57,934 bases of DNA from positions 1 through 57,934 of the forward strand of contig JAQUQM010000002.1 in NCBI GenBank assembly GCA_028716085.1. Direction: 5' to 3'. Position 1 is the stretch's first letter. Each line of letters opens with the position of its first letter. A model generated the notes under the pieces. The model worked only from the letters and a program-made list of their open reading frames with translations. It did not search any database and was not told the origin of the DNA. The translations under genes were made by a program, and so were the position numbers. Source of the DNA: Dehalococcoidia bacterium (lineage in GTDB: Bacteria > Chloroflexota > Dehalococcoidia > GIF9 > UBA5629). Of this stretch, positions 19,535-29,700 are shown piece after piece.

Positions 19535-20071
19535 TCAATATTCAATTCCTTTGCGCTGCTGTATACCTTCCGCAAACGGATGCTTGATCATCAGCATCTC
19601 TGTAACAAGGTCTGCCTGCTTGATCACTTCGGCCGGCGCCTTTCTGCCCGTCATGATGAGTTCGACGTGGCCGGGTTTGATTTTCATCAGTTCAAGGATT
19701 TGTTCCTGACTGATAAATCCCCGCCAGTGTGCGATGAAAATTTCATCGAGGATTATCACATCATAATCGCCGCTCACTATTGCTTTGCGTGCAAGTTCCA
19801 GTGTCTGGGTAGCTTCAGACAGAAGTTGAGCATCTGGTTTCTGGAAGATATCGCCCTGTCCAACCTGGATTATCTTGAATGAATTAGATTTGTCGTTAAA
19901 ATAATGTTCTCCACCGGGTTGCCCTTTTAAGAACTGAAAAATAATCACCTTCATGCCGTGACCGGCGGCCCTGAGCGCTAATCCAAGCGCTGCGGTTGTT
20001 TTACCCTTCCCGTCCCCTGTATAAACCTGAACCAGGCCTTTAAGTTCCTTATCCTGCATCGGCGCCTCCAA
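19535..20071 (-). CDS. cobO: Cob(I)yrinic acid a,c-diamide / corrinoid adenosyltransferase (CobA/CobO/BtuR type)
   Basis: 178 aa; VYTGDGKGKTTAALGLALRAAGHG P-loop and LDE...TGR motifs of CobA-type ATP:corrinoid adenosyltransferase. Confidence 0.9.
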   Translation of the reverse strand: MEAPMQDKELKGLVQVYTGDGKGKTTAALGLALRAAGHGMKVIIFQFLKGQPGGEHYFNDKSNSFKIIQVGQGDIFQKPDAQLLSEATQTLELARKAIVSGDYDVIILDEIFIAHWRGFISQEQILELMKIKPGHVELIMTGRKAPAEVIKQADLVTEMLMIKHPFAEGIQQRKGIEY

Positions 20072-21566
20072 AAGTTATGTTATAGATACTTTTCATGTCA
20101 AGGTTGCTTCTAAATATATCAGCCAGGATATCGTAGTCAGAGTCTTTATTGATGTGGACCGCTCCGGAATATATTATTCCCCTCAGCATACCGAGGTTCT
20201 TTAAAAAGCTATTGGTGAAATCGGCATTGTGAAATATTCCGTGTATGTACGTGCCGAAAACAAGCCCGTTTTTACTGATTGTACCCTCATTATGGGAGGA
20301 GTTACCATCCGGTAACGAAGTGATATTAAATACCGGCGAACATTCCGGATTCAAAGGTTTGCCGTTATGTATTTCGTAACCCTTTATCACCATATCTTTC
20401 ATCCCGCTAAAAAGACCTGTATCGGTCATTATCCTTGCCTGTATCTGTCTGGTAGTTTTATCTTCCGTGAAGGTGGTTTCCATGTCAAATAACTGCAGGC
20501 CTTCTAGCTCTTCAACATCCGACTCAATACCCTGGGGATCAAGGATGCGTTTACCCAGCATCTGATATCCTCCGCAGATACCTATCAAAGGTATGCCTGC
20601 TTTAACCTTCATCAAGATGGCATCAGCCAATTTACTTTTATGCAAATAGATTAGATCGGAGATGGTAGTTTTAGTCCCGGGTAAAATGATTATGTCCGGA
20701 TTACCCAGTTCGCTGGCATGTGATACATACTTTAAATTGCAGTGTGTTTCAAGAAGATCAAAATCATCATAGTTGGAGATATGCGGCAAACGTATAACTG
20801 CTATATTCAGATTTCCATTCCTGCAAGGTGTTATCCGCTCGTCAAGGTAGACAGAATCTTCCTGAGCGATGTTAACCTGCTTTATATAAGGAATGACGCC
20901 CAGCACGGGTTTAGCATATCGGTCGGCCAGGAATTCCAGACCGGGTTCGAGTAAATCTATATTACCCCGGAATTTATTGATAATAAAGCCTCTGATAAGA
21001 TCACGTTCCTTCTTATTTAGCAACTGCATGGTTCCAACTAGTGAGGCGAATACACCGCCCCGGTCGATATCGCCGACGAGGAGCACCGGTGAATTAACCA
21101 GCCGGGCTATGCGCATATTAACGATTTCACGGCTTTTCAGATTGATCTCAGCGGGACTTCCGGCGCCTTCAATGACTATCACTTCATATTCGGCCCGCAA
21201 TTTTTCCAGTGATCCGGCGACAACCTTTAAGAATGTGGACGATAGGTTGTAGTAATGAGCTGCATCCAGCGTACTGACGGGTTTACCCGATACAATGACC
21301 TGTGATGTAGCATCTGCCTGAGGTTTTAGTAAAATCGGATTCATATGAATCGAAGGTTCAATGCCGGCTGCCTCGGCCTGAACAGCCTGCGCCCGGCCGA
21401 TTTCGCCACCCTCTTTGGCGACATAAGAGTTCAGCGCCATATTCTGTGCCTTAAAAGGCGCCACCTTGTAACCATCCTGCTTGAATATACGGCAAAGCGC
21501 GGTGGCGAGAATGCTTTTCCCCACGGATGAAGCTGTGCCCTGGATCATAATGGTTTTAGCTGTCAT
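20049..21566 (-). CDS. cobQ: Cobyric acid synthase
   Basis: 505 aa; N-terminal IMIQGTASSVGKS dethiobiotin-synthetase-like P-loop and C-terminal GATase GICGGYQMLG...YIHG. Confidence 0.92.
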   Translation of the reverse strand: MTAKTIMIQGTASSVGKSILATALCRIFKQDGYKVAPFKAQNMALNSYVAKEGGEIGRAQAVQAEAAGIEPSIHMNPILLKPQADATSQVIVSGKPVSTLDAAHYYNLSSTFLKVVAGSLEKLRAEYEVIVIEGAGSPAEINLKSREIVNMRIARLVNSPVLLVGDIDRGGVFASLVGTMQLLNKKERDLIRGFIINKFRGNIDLLEPGLEFLADRYAKPVLGVIPYIKQVNIAQEDSVYLDERITPCRNGNLNIAVIRLPHISNYDDFDLLETHCNLKYVSHASELGNPDIIILPGTKTTISDLIYLHKSKLADAILMKVKAGIPLIGICGGYQMLGKRILDPQGIESDVEELEGLQLFDMETTFTEDKTTRQIQARIMTDTGLFSGMKDMVIKGYEIHNGKPLNPECSPVFNITSLPDGNSSHNEGTISKNGLVFGTYIHGIFHNADFTNSFLKNLGMLRGIIYSGAVHINKDSDYDILADIFRSNLDMKSIYNITFGGADAG

Positions 21567-22662
21567 GTTTACATGCCGGCATTGTTCTTATTTTTTTTAT
21601 AGCTTTGATCAGTTCACGGCAATCTTCGATCGCACGCGGCGCTATCCTGACGTATTGGCGCAATCCGAAGGACGTACAATCGCGGACTGCAAAGCCTTCC
21701 CTCAGCAGCGTTTCGCGGAATTTCGCGGCATTACCGACTTTAACCAAAAAGTAATTTGTCTGCGAAGGGATTACGTTTAAACCCATTGCGGAAAGCTCAT
21801 CTACAAGGTATTGTTTTGCCTCAAATATGCCGGCAGTTGATTCAGCCAGATATTCGTCACACATCAAGGCAGCAATGCCGGCTTGCTGAGCCGCGGAATT
21901 AACATTCCACGGTGGGCGGGATTTCTTTAAATTATTGATTATTTCGCTTGAAGCTAATCCATAACCCAGCCTTAAACCGGCAAGAGCAAAATCCTTTGTC
22001 ATAGAGCGGCACAGGAGCACATTCGGCATATCGATCAGTTTCAAAGCATTATCGCTATTCCTGGTGAAGGCTATATAAGCTTCATCCAGTATTATCAGGG
22101 TCTGGTTAAAGATAGAAGCAATCCTCTGAACTTTTTCAATGGGCAGATATTGACCGGTTGGATTGTTCGGATTGCAGATAAACATTGCCTTCGGCCTGTG
22201 AAGCTCCGCAGATTTAATCAACGCATCCACATTTATTAGAAAGTTATTATCCTCGTTTAGCTGATAGTAAACGACACCGGTATTAAACTGACGGCAGGCC
22301 AGTTCGTAGTCTCCATATGTGGGCTGAAGTATCAACGATTTATCCTGCCTGCTGAGATAGGCAATAATGGCCAGCCTTATCAGCTCCGTTGATCCGTTAC
22401 ATACAATAATATTACCGGTTGATACGCATAATTTCCCTGAAAGAGCTTCCACCAGGTCGTAAGAGTCAGAATCGGGATATAATTCAGCGGGCAATTCATT
22501 CAGTGAGGCGCGTATGTTTTCAGGCAGTCCGAAAGGATTACAACTAATGCTGAAATCACGCATGTTGTCGGGATTTAGGCCCCTCTCTATCAATTCCCGA
22601 CTATTTACTCCGCCGTGTATACAGGGCGTGAGGCCGATAATATGAGGATTAGGTTGCAACAA
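21556..22662 (-). CDS. cobD: Threonine-phosphate decarboxylase (class I/II PLP aminotransferase fold; HisC-like)
   Basis: 368 aa PLP enzyme (NPNNPTG; Lys in RSMTKDFALAGLRLGY). The CobD call over histidinol-phosphate aminotransferase is by operon context (overlaps cbiB and cobQ). Confidence 0.72.
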   Translation of the reverse strand: MLQPNPHIIGLTPCIHGGVNSRELIERGLNPDNMRDFSISCNPFGLPENIRASLNELPAELYPDSDSYDLVEALSGKLCVSTGNIIVCNGSTELIRLAIIAYLSRQDKSLILQPTYGDYELACRQFNTGVVYYQLNEDNNFLINVDALIKSAELHRPKAMFICNPNNPTGQYLPIEKVQRIASIFNQTLIILDEAYIAFTRNSDNALKLIDMPNVLLCRSMTKDFALAGLRLGYGLASSEIINNLKKSRPPWNVNSAAQQAGIAALMCDEYLAESTAGIFEAKQYLVDELSAMGLNVIPSQTNYFLVKVGNAAKFRETLLREGFAVRDCTSFGLRQYVRIAPRAIEDCRELIKAIKKIRTMPACKHDS

Positions 22663-23578
22663 GGCAAATCACCTCTTTGGTTACGATTAAGACAGTCCAA
22701 ATGGAGGCTGTCAGCAACAACACTTCTTGTGATTCACTGATCAGGGCGCATGTAAGTTCCCTGCTGTTGTGCCCTAACCGGTAGTGTTCAGGTTTCTCAA
22801 GCTGAATCCCCAGTGAACCTGCCATTGCACTCATGGTCCATCCCGCATTGGGGCTTTCTGTTGCCGTGTGATACTGCTGCGTGGTTTGCCAGGCATTTTT
22901 TATATTCTTTCTTATGATTCCGGAAGCGACAATGATAAGCAGGGCGCTAATACGGGCGGGTATAAAATTCGCCAGATCGTCTACGCGTGCAGAGAACTTA
23001 CCGATGTATTCCCATTGGCCGTGATAGCCGATCATGGAATCGAAGGTATTGATAATTCTATATACGAGCGCACCGGGCAGGCCGAAGATGGCGAAATAAA
23101 AAAGCGGAGCTACAAAGCTGTCACAGGTATTCTCGGCACAGGACTCTATCGAAGCGGAGATGACCTGACGGCTGTCAAGGGTTGCAGTATTGCGGCTGAC
23201 CAATGCCCGGACTGTTGTTCGGGCACTGTCAATGTCTCCTTCTGCAATATGAGTTTTTACTGCGTTTACCGATTGCCACAGGCCGCGTACGGAGAATGTC
23301 GCTTTAAGTACGTATGCTGAAAGCAGGATATAGAGAAGGGCATTAAAAGAGTGGAGATAGAGAAGCAGACAATATAGCGGTACCGTTATCACCACTGAGG
23401 TTGCCAGCACGATGATTATGCCGAAAATAAACTGTGATACTATGCCCTTTTGAGGGGAGAATTTAAGCTGCAGTGAGATGAGTTTACCCAACCATGCCAC
23501 CGGGTGCAGGCTATTTTTAACTTCGCCCAAAACGGCATCTAACAGCAGCGAAAGCAGTAATATTGCTAAATTATCCAT
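22649..23578 (-). CDS. cbiB: Adenosylcobinamide-phosphate synthase
   Basis: 309 aa membrane protein with the HPVAWLGKLI motif and CbiB/CobD-family layout. Confidence 0.9.
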   Translation of the reverse strand: MDNLAILLLSLLLDAVLGEVKNSLHPVAWLGKLISLQLKFSPQKGIVSQFIFGIIIVLATSVVITVPLYCLLLYLHSFNALLYILLSAYVLKATFSVRGLWQSVNAVKTHIAEGDIDSARTTVRALVSRNTATLDSRQVISASIESCAENTCDSFVAPLFYFAIFGLPGALVYRIINTFDSMIGYHGQWEYIGKFSARVDDLANFIPARISALLIIVASGIIRKNIKNAWQTTQQYHTATESPNAGWTMSAMAGSLGIQLEKPEHYRLGHNSRELTCALISESQEVLLLTASIWTVLIVTKEVICLVAT

Positions 23579-23584
23579 GGTCTG

Positions 23585-24382
23585 TTATTTGTGTTTTCTC
23601 TCCGGAACGGCGGTTATGTAAGTAACGGGAAGGCTGTTTACGGGATGTGGATAGACCTGTACATGGGCATCGAAAACCTTTTCAATTGAAGAAGAGTTGA
23701 TTATGTCCGAGGGAGTACCTTGCTTATAAATCAGTCCATCCCTGAGCATGATCAGCCGGTGGCAAAATTGACACGCTAGATTTAAATCGTGCAAAGCGGT
23801 GACAACCGTCAGGTTGCTGTCAGTGCATAGTTTATGCAGGACACTAAAAGTTTCCACCTGATAATTGATATCGAGATTGGCCGTAGGCTCATCCAGCAGC
23901 AAAATCTCAGCTTCCTGCGCCAGTGCGCGTGCTATGATCAGCCGTTGTTTTTCCCCCCCTGAAATTTCATTAATCCTGCGCTGCACGAGGTGTACTGTCC
24001 GTGTAACCTTCATGGCCTGAAGAGCTATACGAAAATCCTTTTCACTTTCGTGTCCTAATAAACCCAAGTGGGGAGTGCGTCCCATGAGCACGATTTCCAG
24101 AGCGGTGAACAGGTCGGGAAGGACTGCATTTTGCGGGACGAGTGCTATCTTTTTGGCTATTGTGCGGTGTTCGATCCGGGTAATATCGGTGGAATTAAAC
24201 AGTACTTCGCCTTTAAGAGCCTTTAGCAATCCCGACAGTCCCTTGAGCAAAGTTGTTTTCCCCGATCCGTTAGGGCCGATGATTCCCAGTAACTCGCCCG
24301 GCCTCGATTTCAGACTAATGGATTTAAGTGTAATATTGCCGCCGTAGCCGAAAGTAGCTTCATTTGCAATCAGTATTGCCAT
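23585..24382 (-). CDS. btuD: ABC transporter ATP-binding protein (corrinoid/siderophore type, BtuD/FepC-like)
   Basis: Walker A GPNGSGKTT, signature SGGEKQR, Walker B ILLLDEPT. I prefer the ATG at 24382 (MAILIANE...), which abuts the permease stop at 24384. The tracked ORF extends to 24460 and would overlap the permease by 77 nt. Confidence 0.8.
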   Translation of the reverse strand: MAILIANEATFGYGGNITLKSISLKSRPGELLGIIGPNGSGKTTLLKGLSGLLKALKGEVLFNSTDITRIEHRTIAKKIALVPQNAVLPDLFTALEIVLMGRTPHLGLLGHESEKDFRIALQAMKVTRTVHLVQRRINEISGGEKQRLIIARALAQEAEILLLDEPTANLDINYQVETFSVLHKLCTDSNLTVVTALHDLNLACQFCHRLIMLRDGLIYKQGTPSDIINSSSIEKVFDAHVQVYPHPVNSLPVTYITAVPERKHK

Positions 24383-24383
24383 A

Positions 24384-25454
24384 CTAAAACACCGCCTTTT
24401 TCCTGGTGCGCAGAACATAGAGAAAAAACGGTACGCCGATGATGGCAGTAATGATGCCAACCGGTATCTCGGACGGCGCCATCATTGTCCTCGAAATTGT
24501 ATCTGCCGATATTAAAAAGATAGCTCCGGTCAGGGCAGATAAGGGGAGAAGAAGCCTGTAGTCCGGTCCAAAGAGTATACGTACCAGGTGAGGGACGATG
24601 ATACCGATAAAACCGATAATTCCACAGAAACATACGGCAGCGGCGGTAGCAACTGTAGCTGCGCATAGAATAATTAGCTTCACCTTTTCCGTGTTTATGC
24701 CGAGCTGTCGTGCCTGGTCGTCATCCAATTGCATGACATTGAGCGGTCGGGCATAAAGACAGATAATGACGATGCCCAGCAATATATAAGGTGTCATGAT
24801 GGATACCTGCCACCAATCAGCTAAAGAAAACGTACCGAGCAGCCAGAAAATGATTCCATGAGCTCTATCTCCGGATATGATAATGAGATAGGAGGTTATA
24901 GCTGCCAGGAAAGCTCCGATAGCTACTCCTGCAAGGATTAAGGTGGTCATGGGAAGGGTAGTCCCCACACGTGCAATGGAATACACTGCAAATACGCACA
25001 GAACAGCCCCGCTAAAGGATAGGATAGGTATAAGAGCTACAGGTATGTTGTACGGAAGTATAAAACCTACAACTGCTCCCAGTGCTGCTCCCTGTGATAT
25101 CCCGGTCAGGTAAGGATCAGCCAGCGGATTACGAAACATACCCTGGTATGCGGCTCCTGCGGTACTTAGCGCTGCTCCCACCAGGCCGGCCATAATTATC
25201 CGCGGGAGACGGACATGAAATACGATAGTCGAAATGCTGGCGGAATCGACATTGTCACTACTAATGAAGGGAAGAAGCAAATTTAAAATAGATTGAAATG
25301 GAATATGAGTGCTGCCGAAAGCTGAGGAAATGAGAACGACACCGACAAGTGCAAAGCTAAAGCCTGCTATGGCAATCAAGCCTTTATGAAAGCGTAGTCG
25401 ATACTGCCTCAACTCTTTTGCCGGAATGCTTTGGTTGGCTATTTTAAGTTCCAT
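24384..25454 (-). CDS. btuC: FecCD-family ABC permease (BtuC-like)
   Basis: 356 aa, about 10 TM segments, with RLPRIIMAGLVGAALS and the C-terminal GIITAIIGVPFFLYVL motif typical of FecCD/BtuC permeases. Confidence 0.85.
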   Translation of the reverse strand: MELKIANQSIPAKELRQYRLRFHKGLIAIAGFSFALVGVVLISSAFGSTHIPFQSILNLLLPFISSDNVDSASISTIVFHVRLPRIIMAGLVGAALSTAGAAYQGMFRNPLADPYLTGISQGAALGAVVGFILPYNIPVALIPILSFSGAVLCVFAVYSIARVGTTLPMTTLILAGVAIGAFLAAITSYLIIISGDRAHGIIFWLLGTFSLADWWQVSIMTPYILLGIVIICLYARPLNVMQLDDDQARQLGINTEKVKLIILCAATVATAAAVCFCGIIGFIGIIVPHLVRILFGPDYRLLLPLSALTGAIFLISADTISRTMMAPSEIPVGIITAIIGVPFFLYVLRTRKKAVF

Positions 25455-25491
25455 AATTCAGATACATTGTTACCGGTCACACGGCAAATAA

Positions 25492-26427
25492 TTATTTATC
25501 TGTATTGGATGTCTCCGGATATATAAAATTAGACAGTTGTTCCAGGCCTTGGACTGCCCTGGGGCCAAACCGGTAAACGAGATCGCCGTCCACTTGATAT
25601 ACACATTTATTTTTAATGGCACTGGTGTTTTTCAGACGTGCATCAGTATTTAAATAATCCCACAAGGGATTTTCCGGTTTACCCATGCTTACGGGCGCAA
25701 TTATTACCTGGGGATCCCTGGCTAGAATTGTTTCAAGGCTGATCGCACCATGTCCCGCGATATCCTGTGCAATATTGGTACCTCCGCTGGTGCGGATCAT
25801 ATCGTCAATAAGTGTGCCATTTCCGGCAGCCATCAATGGGTCATGCCATATCAGCAGTAAAACCCGTCTGCGTTGTTCAACAGGAATGACCTTACTTTTG
25901 TTTGAGACAGCATCAACTCTGTTTTGAAGAGCATTGTTCAACTCAGTAGCCTGGTCTTTGTTACCGGTCAATTCCCCAACCAGCATTATGTCTTTCAATA
26001 TGGCGCTTAACGTTTTTGGATTCAAAGTAAGTACGTTAAAACCAATTTTCTCCAATGCCGGTGTAACACTCTTGCTGTGGATTTCTGCGGCCAGTATCAA
26101 GTCAGGTTGAAGTGCAATAGTTTTTTCGATATCAATAGTGCTGAAACCGCCTACATGTATTTTGCTGTCAGCCTCGGGCGGGTAATTGCAGTAATCCGTC
26201 ACGCCTAAAAGACTATCCTGCAGTTTGAGGGCGTATACAATTTCTGTATTGCTCGGGGCTAAGGAAACGATTTTTTTCGGAGTGGAGGCCGTTCTCACCG
26301 GTGTATCTATATCATCATATTGTAATACCGGTTCATTTTTGATACCGCACGATAGGAAAATAACCGATAATACCACCAATATCAGTGTGCATGGAATGAT
26401 CCCTGATCTTCTCATCAACATAATCAC
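25492..26427 (-). CDS. btuF: Periplasmic/lipoprotein-type substrate-binding protein (class III, BtuF-like corrinoid binding)
   Basis: 311 aa; signal with lipobox-like LSCG; KIVSLAPSNTEIVYAL and PDLILA motifs of the Peripla_BP_2 family. First gene after the B12 riboswitch. The true start could be an internal Met at 26421 or 26415. Confidence 0.8.
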   Translation of the reverse strand: MIMLMRRSGIIPCTLILVVLSVIFLSCGIKNEPVLQYDDIDTPVRTASTPKKIVSLAPSNTEIVYALKLQDSLLGVTDYCNYPPEADSKIHVGGFSTIDIEKTIALQPDLILAAEIHSKSVTPALEKIGFNVLTLNPKTLSAILKDIMLVGELTGNKDQATELNNALQNRVDAVSNKSKVIPVEQRRRVLLLIWHDPLMAAGNGTLIDDMIRTSGGTNIAQDIAGHGAISLETILARDPQVIIAPVSMGKPENPLWDYLNTDARLKNTSAIKNKCVYQVDGDLVYRFGPRAVQGLEQLSNFIYPETSNTDK

Positions 26428-26446
26428 CCTGTCAGTTTGATTAAAT

Positions 26447-26475
26447 AAAAAAACCCTGCTCCTGCGAGCAGGGGG
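26447..26475 (-). terminator. Riboswitch expression-platform (attenuator) terminator
   Basis: Minus-strand CCCCCUGCUCGCAGGAGCAGGG followed by UUUUUUU, placed between the B12 aptamer and the btuF start. Confidence 0.75.
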
Positions 26476-26528
26476 ATTATTTTTAAATAATAAACCCCAC
26501 CCCCTTACTCCGCGGAGGTAGCTTGTTA

Positions 26529-26628
26529 AGCGAGGTGGCGTTCTGACTTTAACAGCAGGCGGGACTGTACCGGGCTTTCACCGGTTTGCCTTCCTATTAA
26601 GCTCGGGGTCGCCCCTGAGCGCCTCGCC
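26529..26628 (-). promoter_or_regulatory. Cobalamin (B12) riboswitch aptamer
   Basis: Minus-strand RNA GGCGAGG...AAUAGGAAGGCAAACCGGUGAAAGCCCGGUACAGUCCCGCCUGCUGUUAAAGUCAGAACGCCACCUCGCU. It has the conserved GGAAG..GGUGAAA.CC core, a GCYGCUGU element and a B12-box-like AGUCAGAACGCCACCUCG. P1 closes between GGCGAGG (26622-26628) and CCUCGCU (26529-26535). Confidence 0.85.
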
Positions 26629-26651
26629 AACAATATTTAATTTGGCTAAAG

Positions 26652-26679
26652 AATATACCCGATGATAAACGGATGTCAA
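26652..26679 (-). promoter_or_regulatory. Sigma70-like promoter of the riboswitch-btu/cob operon
   Basis: Minus strand TTGACA (26674-26679), a 16 nt spacer, then TATATT (26652-26657), about 25 nt upstream of the riboswitch P1. Confidence 0.45.
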
Positions 26680-26715
26680 TAGGCATATGAAGTTGGAGAT
26701 TGTAGTTAAAAACCT

Positions 26716-26724
26716 TGCTATAAT
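26716..26724 (+). promoter_or_regulatory. Possible extended -10 element (TGcTATAAT) upstream of the first oligosaccharyltransferase gene
   Basis: tgctataat lies 40 nt upstream of the ATG at 26764; there is no clear -35. The region is AT-rich, so chance occurrence is plausible. Confidence 0.25.
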
Positions 26725-26763
26725 AGGAAAACCGAGGTTATAATCTATCATAATACTAATACT

Positions 26764-29700
26764 ATGAATCAAAAACGGATACCACTCTGGCTGGTTGTAG
26801 GTATTATCCTCTTTATCATCGTCCTGATAGCTCTATGGCTCCGCATTGCCCTTCCGTATAAGCAGGTATTTGTCGGTGAGTGGGTGAAGATGACGGGTAT
26901 AGATGCCTATTATTACATGCGGCTGGTGGATAACCTGGTACGACATTTTCCGAACCTGACACAATTCGATCCGTATTATCAATATCCCGGAGGCGTCACT
27001 ACAGGAGGCGCGCCCAATTTCTTTGCCTATTTTATGGCCGCAATCATTTGGTTGCTGGGGCTCGGCTCACCTGACCAGCATATAGTCGATGTAATCGCGG
27101 TATACATACCACCACTCATGGCAGCGCTGACTATTATTCTTGTGTTTTTTATTGGTAAAACCATTGCCGGCAAATGGATGGGTTTATTGGCCGCCGGTCT
27201 GCTGGCAATAATGCCCGGTGAATTTCTAAATCGATCCATGCTTGGTTATACGGACCATCATATAGCCGAAGTCCTTTTTTCAACGATATTCATGCTGTTT
27301 GTGTTTCTGTCTTTAAAGAGTGGGGAGGGAGCTAGTTTTGACGCCATAAAACTGAAACAATGGAAGCTGCTGAACAAACCAATCATATATGGAGCACTGG
27401 CAGGTTTCGGATTGGCTCTGTACACGCTGACATGGGCCGGCGCGTTATTATTCGTACTTGTAGTACTTGTATTTTTAATAATTCAAGTAATAGTTGACCA
27501 TTTGAGGGGGCGAAAAAGCGATTATATAGCATTAGCACTAGGGCCGGCTTTCATAGTTGCAATATTAGGATATATACCATGGGCCAGGGATCTGCGGACA
27601 ATGTTATCGCTGGTCATGGGGTTGGCAGTGACAGTAGTACTGGTGGTACTGTCCGATTATATGCTTAACCGTGGTTACCGACGTTTCTATTACCCTGTAG
27701 CCGTTTTTGCCATGGGTGTAACAGGTGCCCTGGCTTTATATTTGGTCTACCCTGAATTATTGATTTCAACGACGTACCAGATCGCAAGCCTTTTATTCAC
27801 CTGGGGTACGAGCACGACGGTAATGGAGATGCAACCGCTCTTGATGTATCAGGGCGATTTATCTTTTGTTGTGGCGTTTGGTAATTATACGACTGCGTTT
27901 ATATTTTGTTTTGCAGGTTTGGGATTATTAATTTATCAGGCCTTGAGGCGAGATAATCCTGACAGAATTCTCCTGATTATATGGAGTGTAATTGTGCTTT
28001 TGTCCACACTGTCGATGAGGAGATTCGCATATTACTTTGCAGTCAATGTAGCATTGCTTACGGGATATCTGACCTGGATGGTGTTGCAGTTCGCTATGAC
28101 CAGAAAAGAAGAAGCTAAGCCTGCAGCTTTGCCGGTCAAACCAACTGCGAAAAATAGAAAAAAGATAGTAACAAAGCCGCCACCTTCTTCGTCGAAAAAG
28201 CCCTTGATTGTAGCGTTACTTATTTTATTGATTTTACTGCTTGTATACTACCCTAATTTCGGGCCGTTGCCGGACGGGCAGAGACCCTCTATCGATCTGG
28301 CTTCCCGGCCTTTATTTGCACCATCCAATGCATGGTGTGAATCCCTTGATTGGTTGCGCAGTAATTCTCCGGATCCTTTGAGTAGTGCAGATGCATACTA
28401 TGCATATTATCGGACAGGTACGGAATCACAGAATTTCAGCTACACAAAGACCGAGTACGGAGTGTTGAACTGGTGGGACTACGGCTACTGGGTTACGCGA
28501 ATCGGGCGCAGGTTACCTGCATCGAACCCGGGAACAGGTGAATACGGTGAAGCGCGATATTATACTGCTCAGGATGAGTTCAATGCGGGCAGAGCAATCA
28601 ACAACTATGGCACACGTTACGTGATTGTAGATTATGAAATCGCATCTTACAACAGTAAATTTCATGCGCTGGCTTCATTGAGTGGAGAGAATTATTCCCG
28701 ATATTTCGATCTCTTTGTCCAGAAACAGGGTACAAATTATCAGCCTGTTGTTCTCTTCTTCCCCGAGTACTACAGGAGTATGGTTGTCAGATTATATAAC
28801 TTCGATGGCAAAGCTGTGATTCCGCAAACCGTCACGGTAATTAATACTGCAGATAGGGTGGGGCCTCAGGGCAAAATTTACAAAGAGATAATGGACATCA
28901 AGGAATTCGCTACATTTACTGAGGCACAGGAGTTTATCAATAGCAAGAAATCGGATGATTATTTGATTGTTAGTGACGATCCTTTAAAAAGCCCTGTACC
29001 GCTTGCAGAATTAACGCAATATTCACTTCAATATAGCTCCAGTCAAAAGAATAGTTATTTATTCAAACCTATCTCAGATATTAAAATATTCGAATATCGT
29101 AAATTAGCCATACCGATCACTGGAGATTGGGATGGTAGAGGCATAACCAAACTGGGTGAGTGGCAACCTGATGAGAGCTGTTTCCTTCTTGATGTCGACG
29201 GGGACGGTATTTGGAATCCTGATAAAGGTGATGCAAAGCTTGGCCCCTTCGGTTTTTCTACCGATATTCCACTAATTGGTGATTGGACCGGGGATGGAAA
29301 AGATAAGATAGGTGTGTGGAGGCCTTCTGAACTATGTTTTTATCTGGATAGCAACGGTGACGGTGTATGGAATCCCGAAAAGGGAGATAGAAAATTAGGG
29401 CCTTACGGATTGTCGTTTAATAACACACCCGTAGTTGGTGATTGGAATGGCGATGGAAAAGATGAAATTGGTGTATGGGGGAATTCAAGGATTGCGAATA
29501 AAATGACGTTCTATCTGAACATAGCGGGTGATGGAAACTGGAATTCAGAGAACGGGAATTTGATCATAGATCCCTTTGGCAAAAAGGGGAATGTTCCTGT
29601 GATAGGCGATTGGAATAATGACGGAAAAGATGAAATAGGTGTCTGGGACCCTGTCAGCCGGGACTTCTATCTAGACGCAATGGGCAAAGGGGTATGGGAT

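Noticed and set aside
23585-24460. The full 291-aa version of the ABC ATPase ORF, with a 26-aa N-terminal extension.
   Set aside because: The extension (MASLLPSSAYRFFSMFCAPGKRRCFS) overlaps the permease gene by 77 nt and is not part of the ABC fold. The internal ATG at 24382 abuts the permease stop and gives a canonical N-terminus.
26578-26772. 64-aa minus-strand ORF upstream of btuF.
   Set aside because: It overlaps the cobalamin riboswitch aptamer and its promoter. It has no RBS and no recognisable protein features, and the region is better explained as a structured leader RNA.
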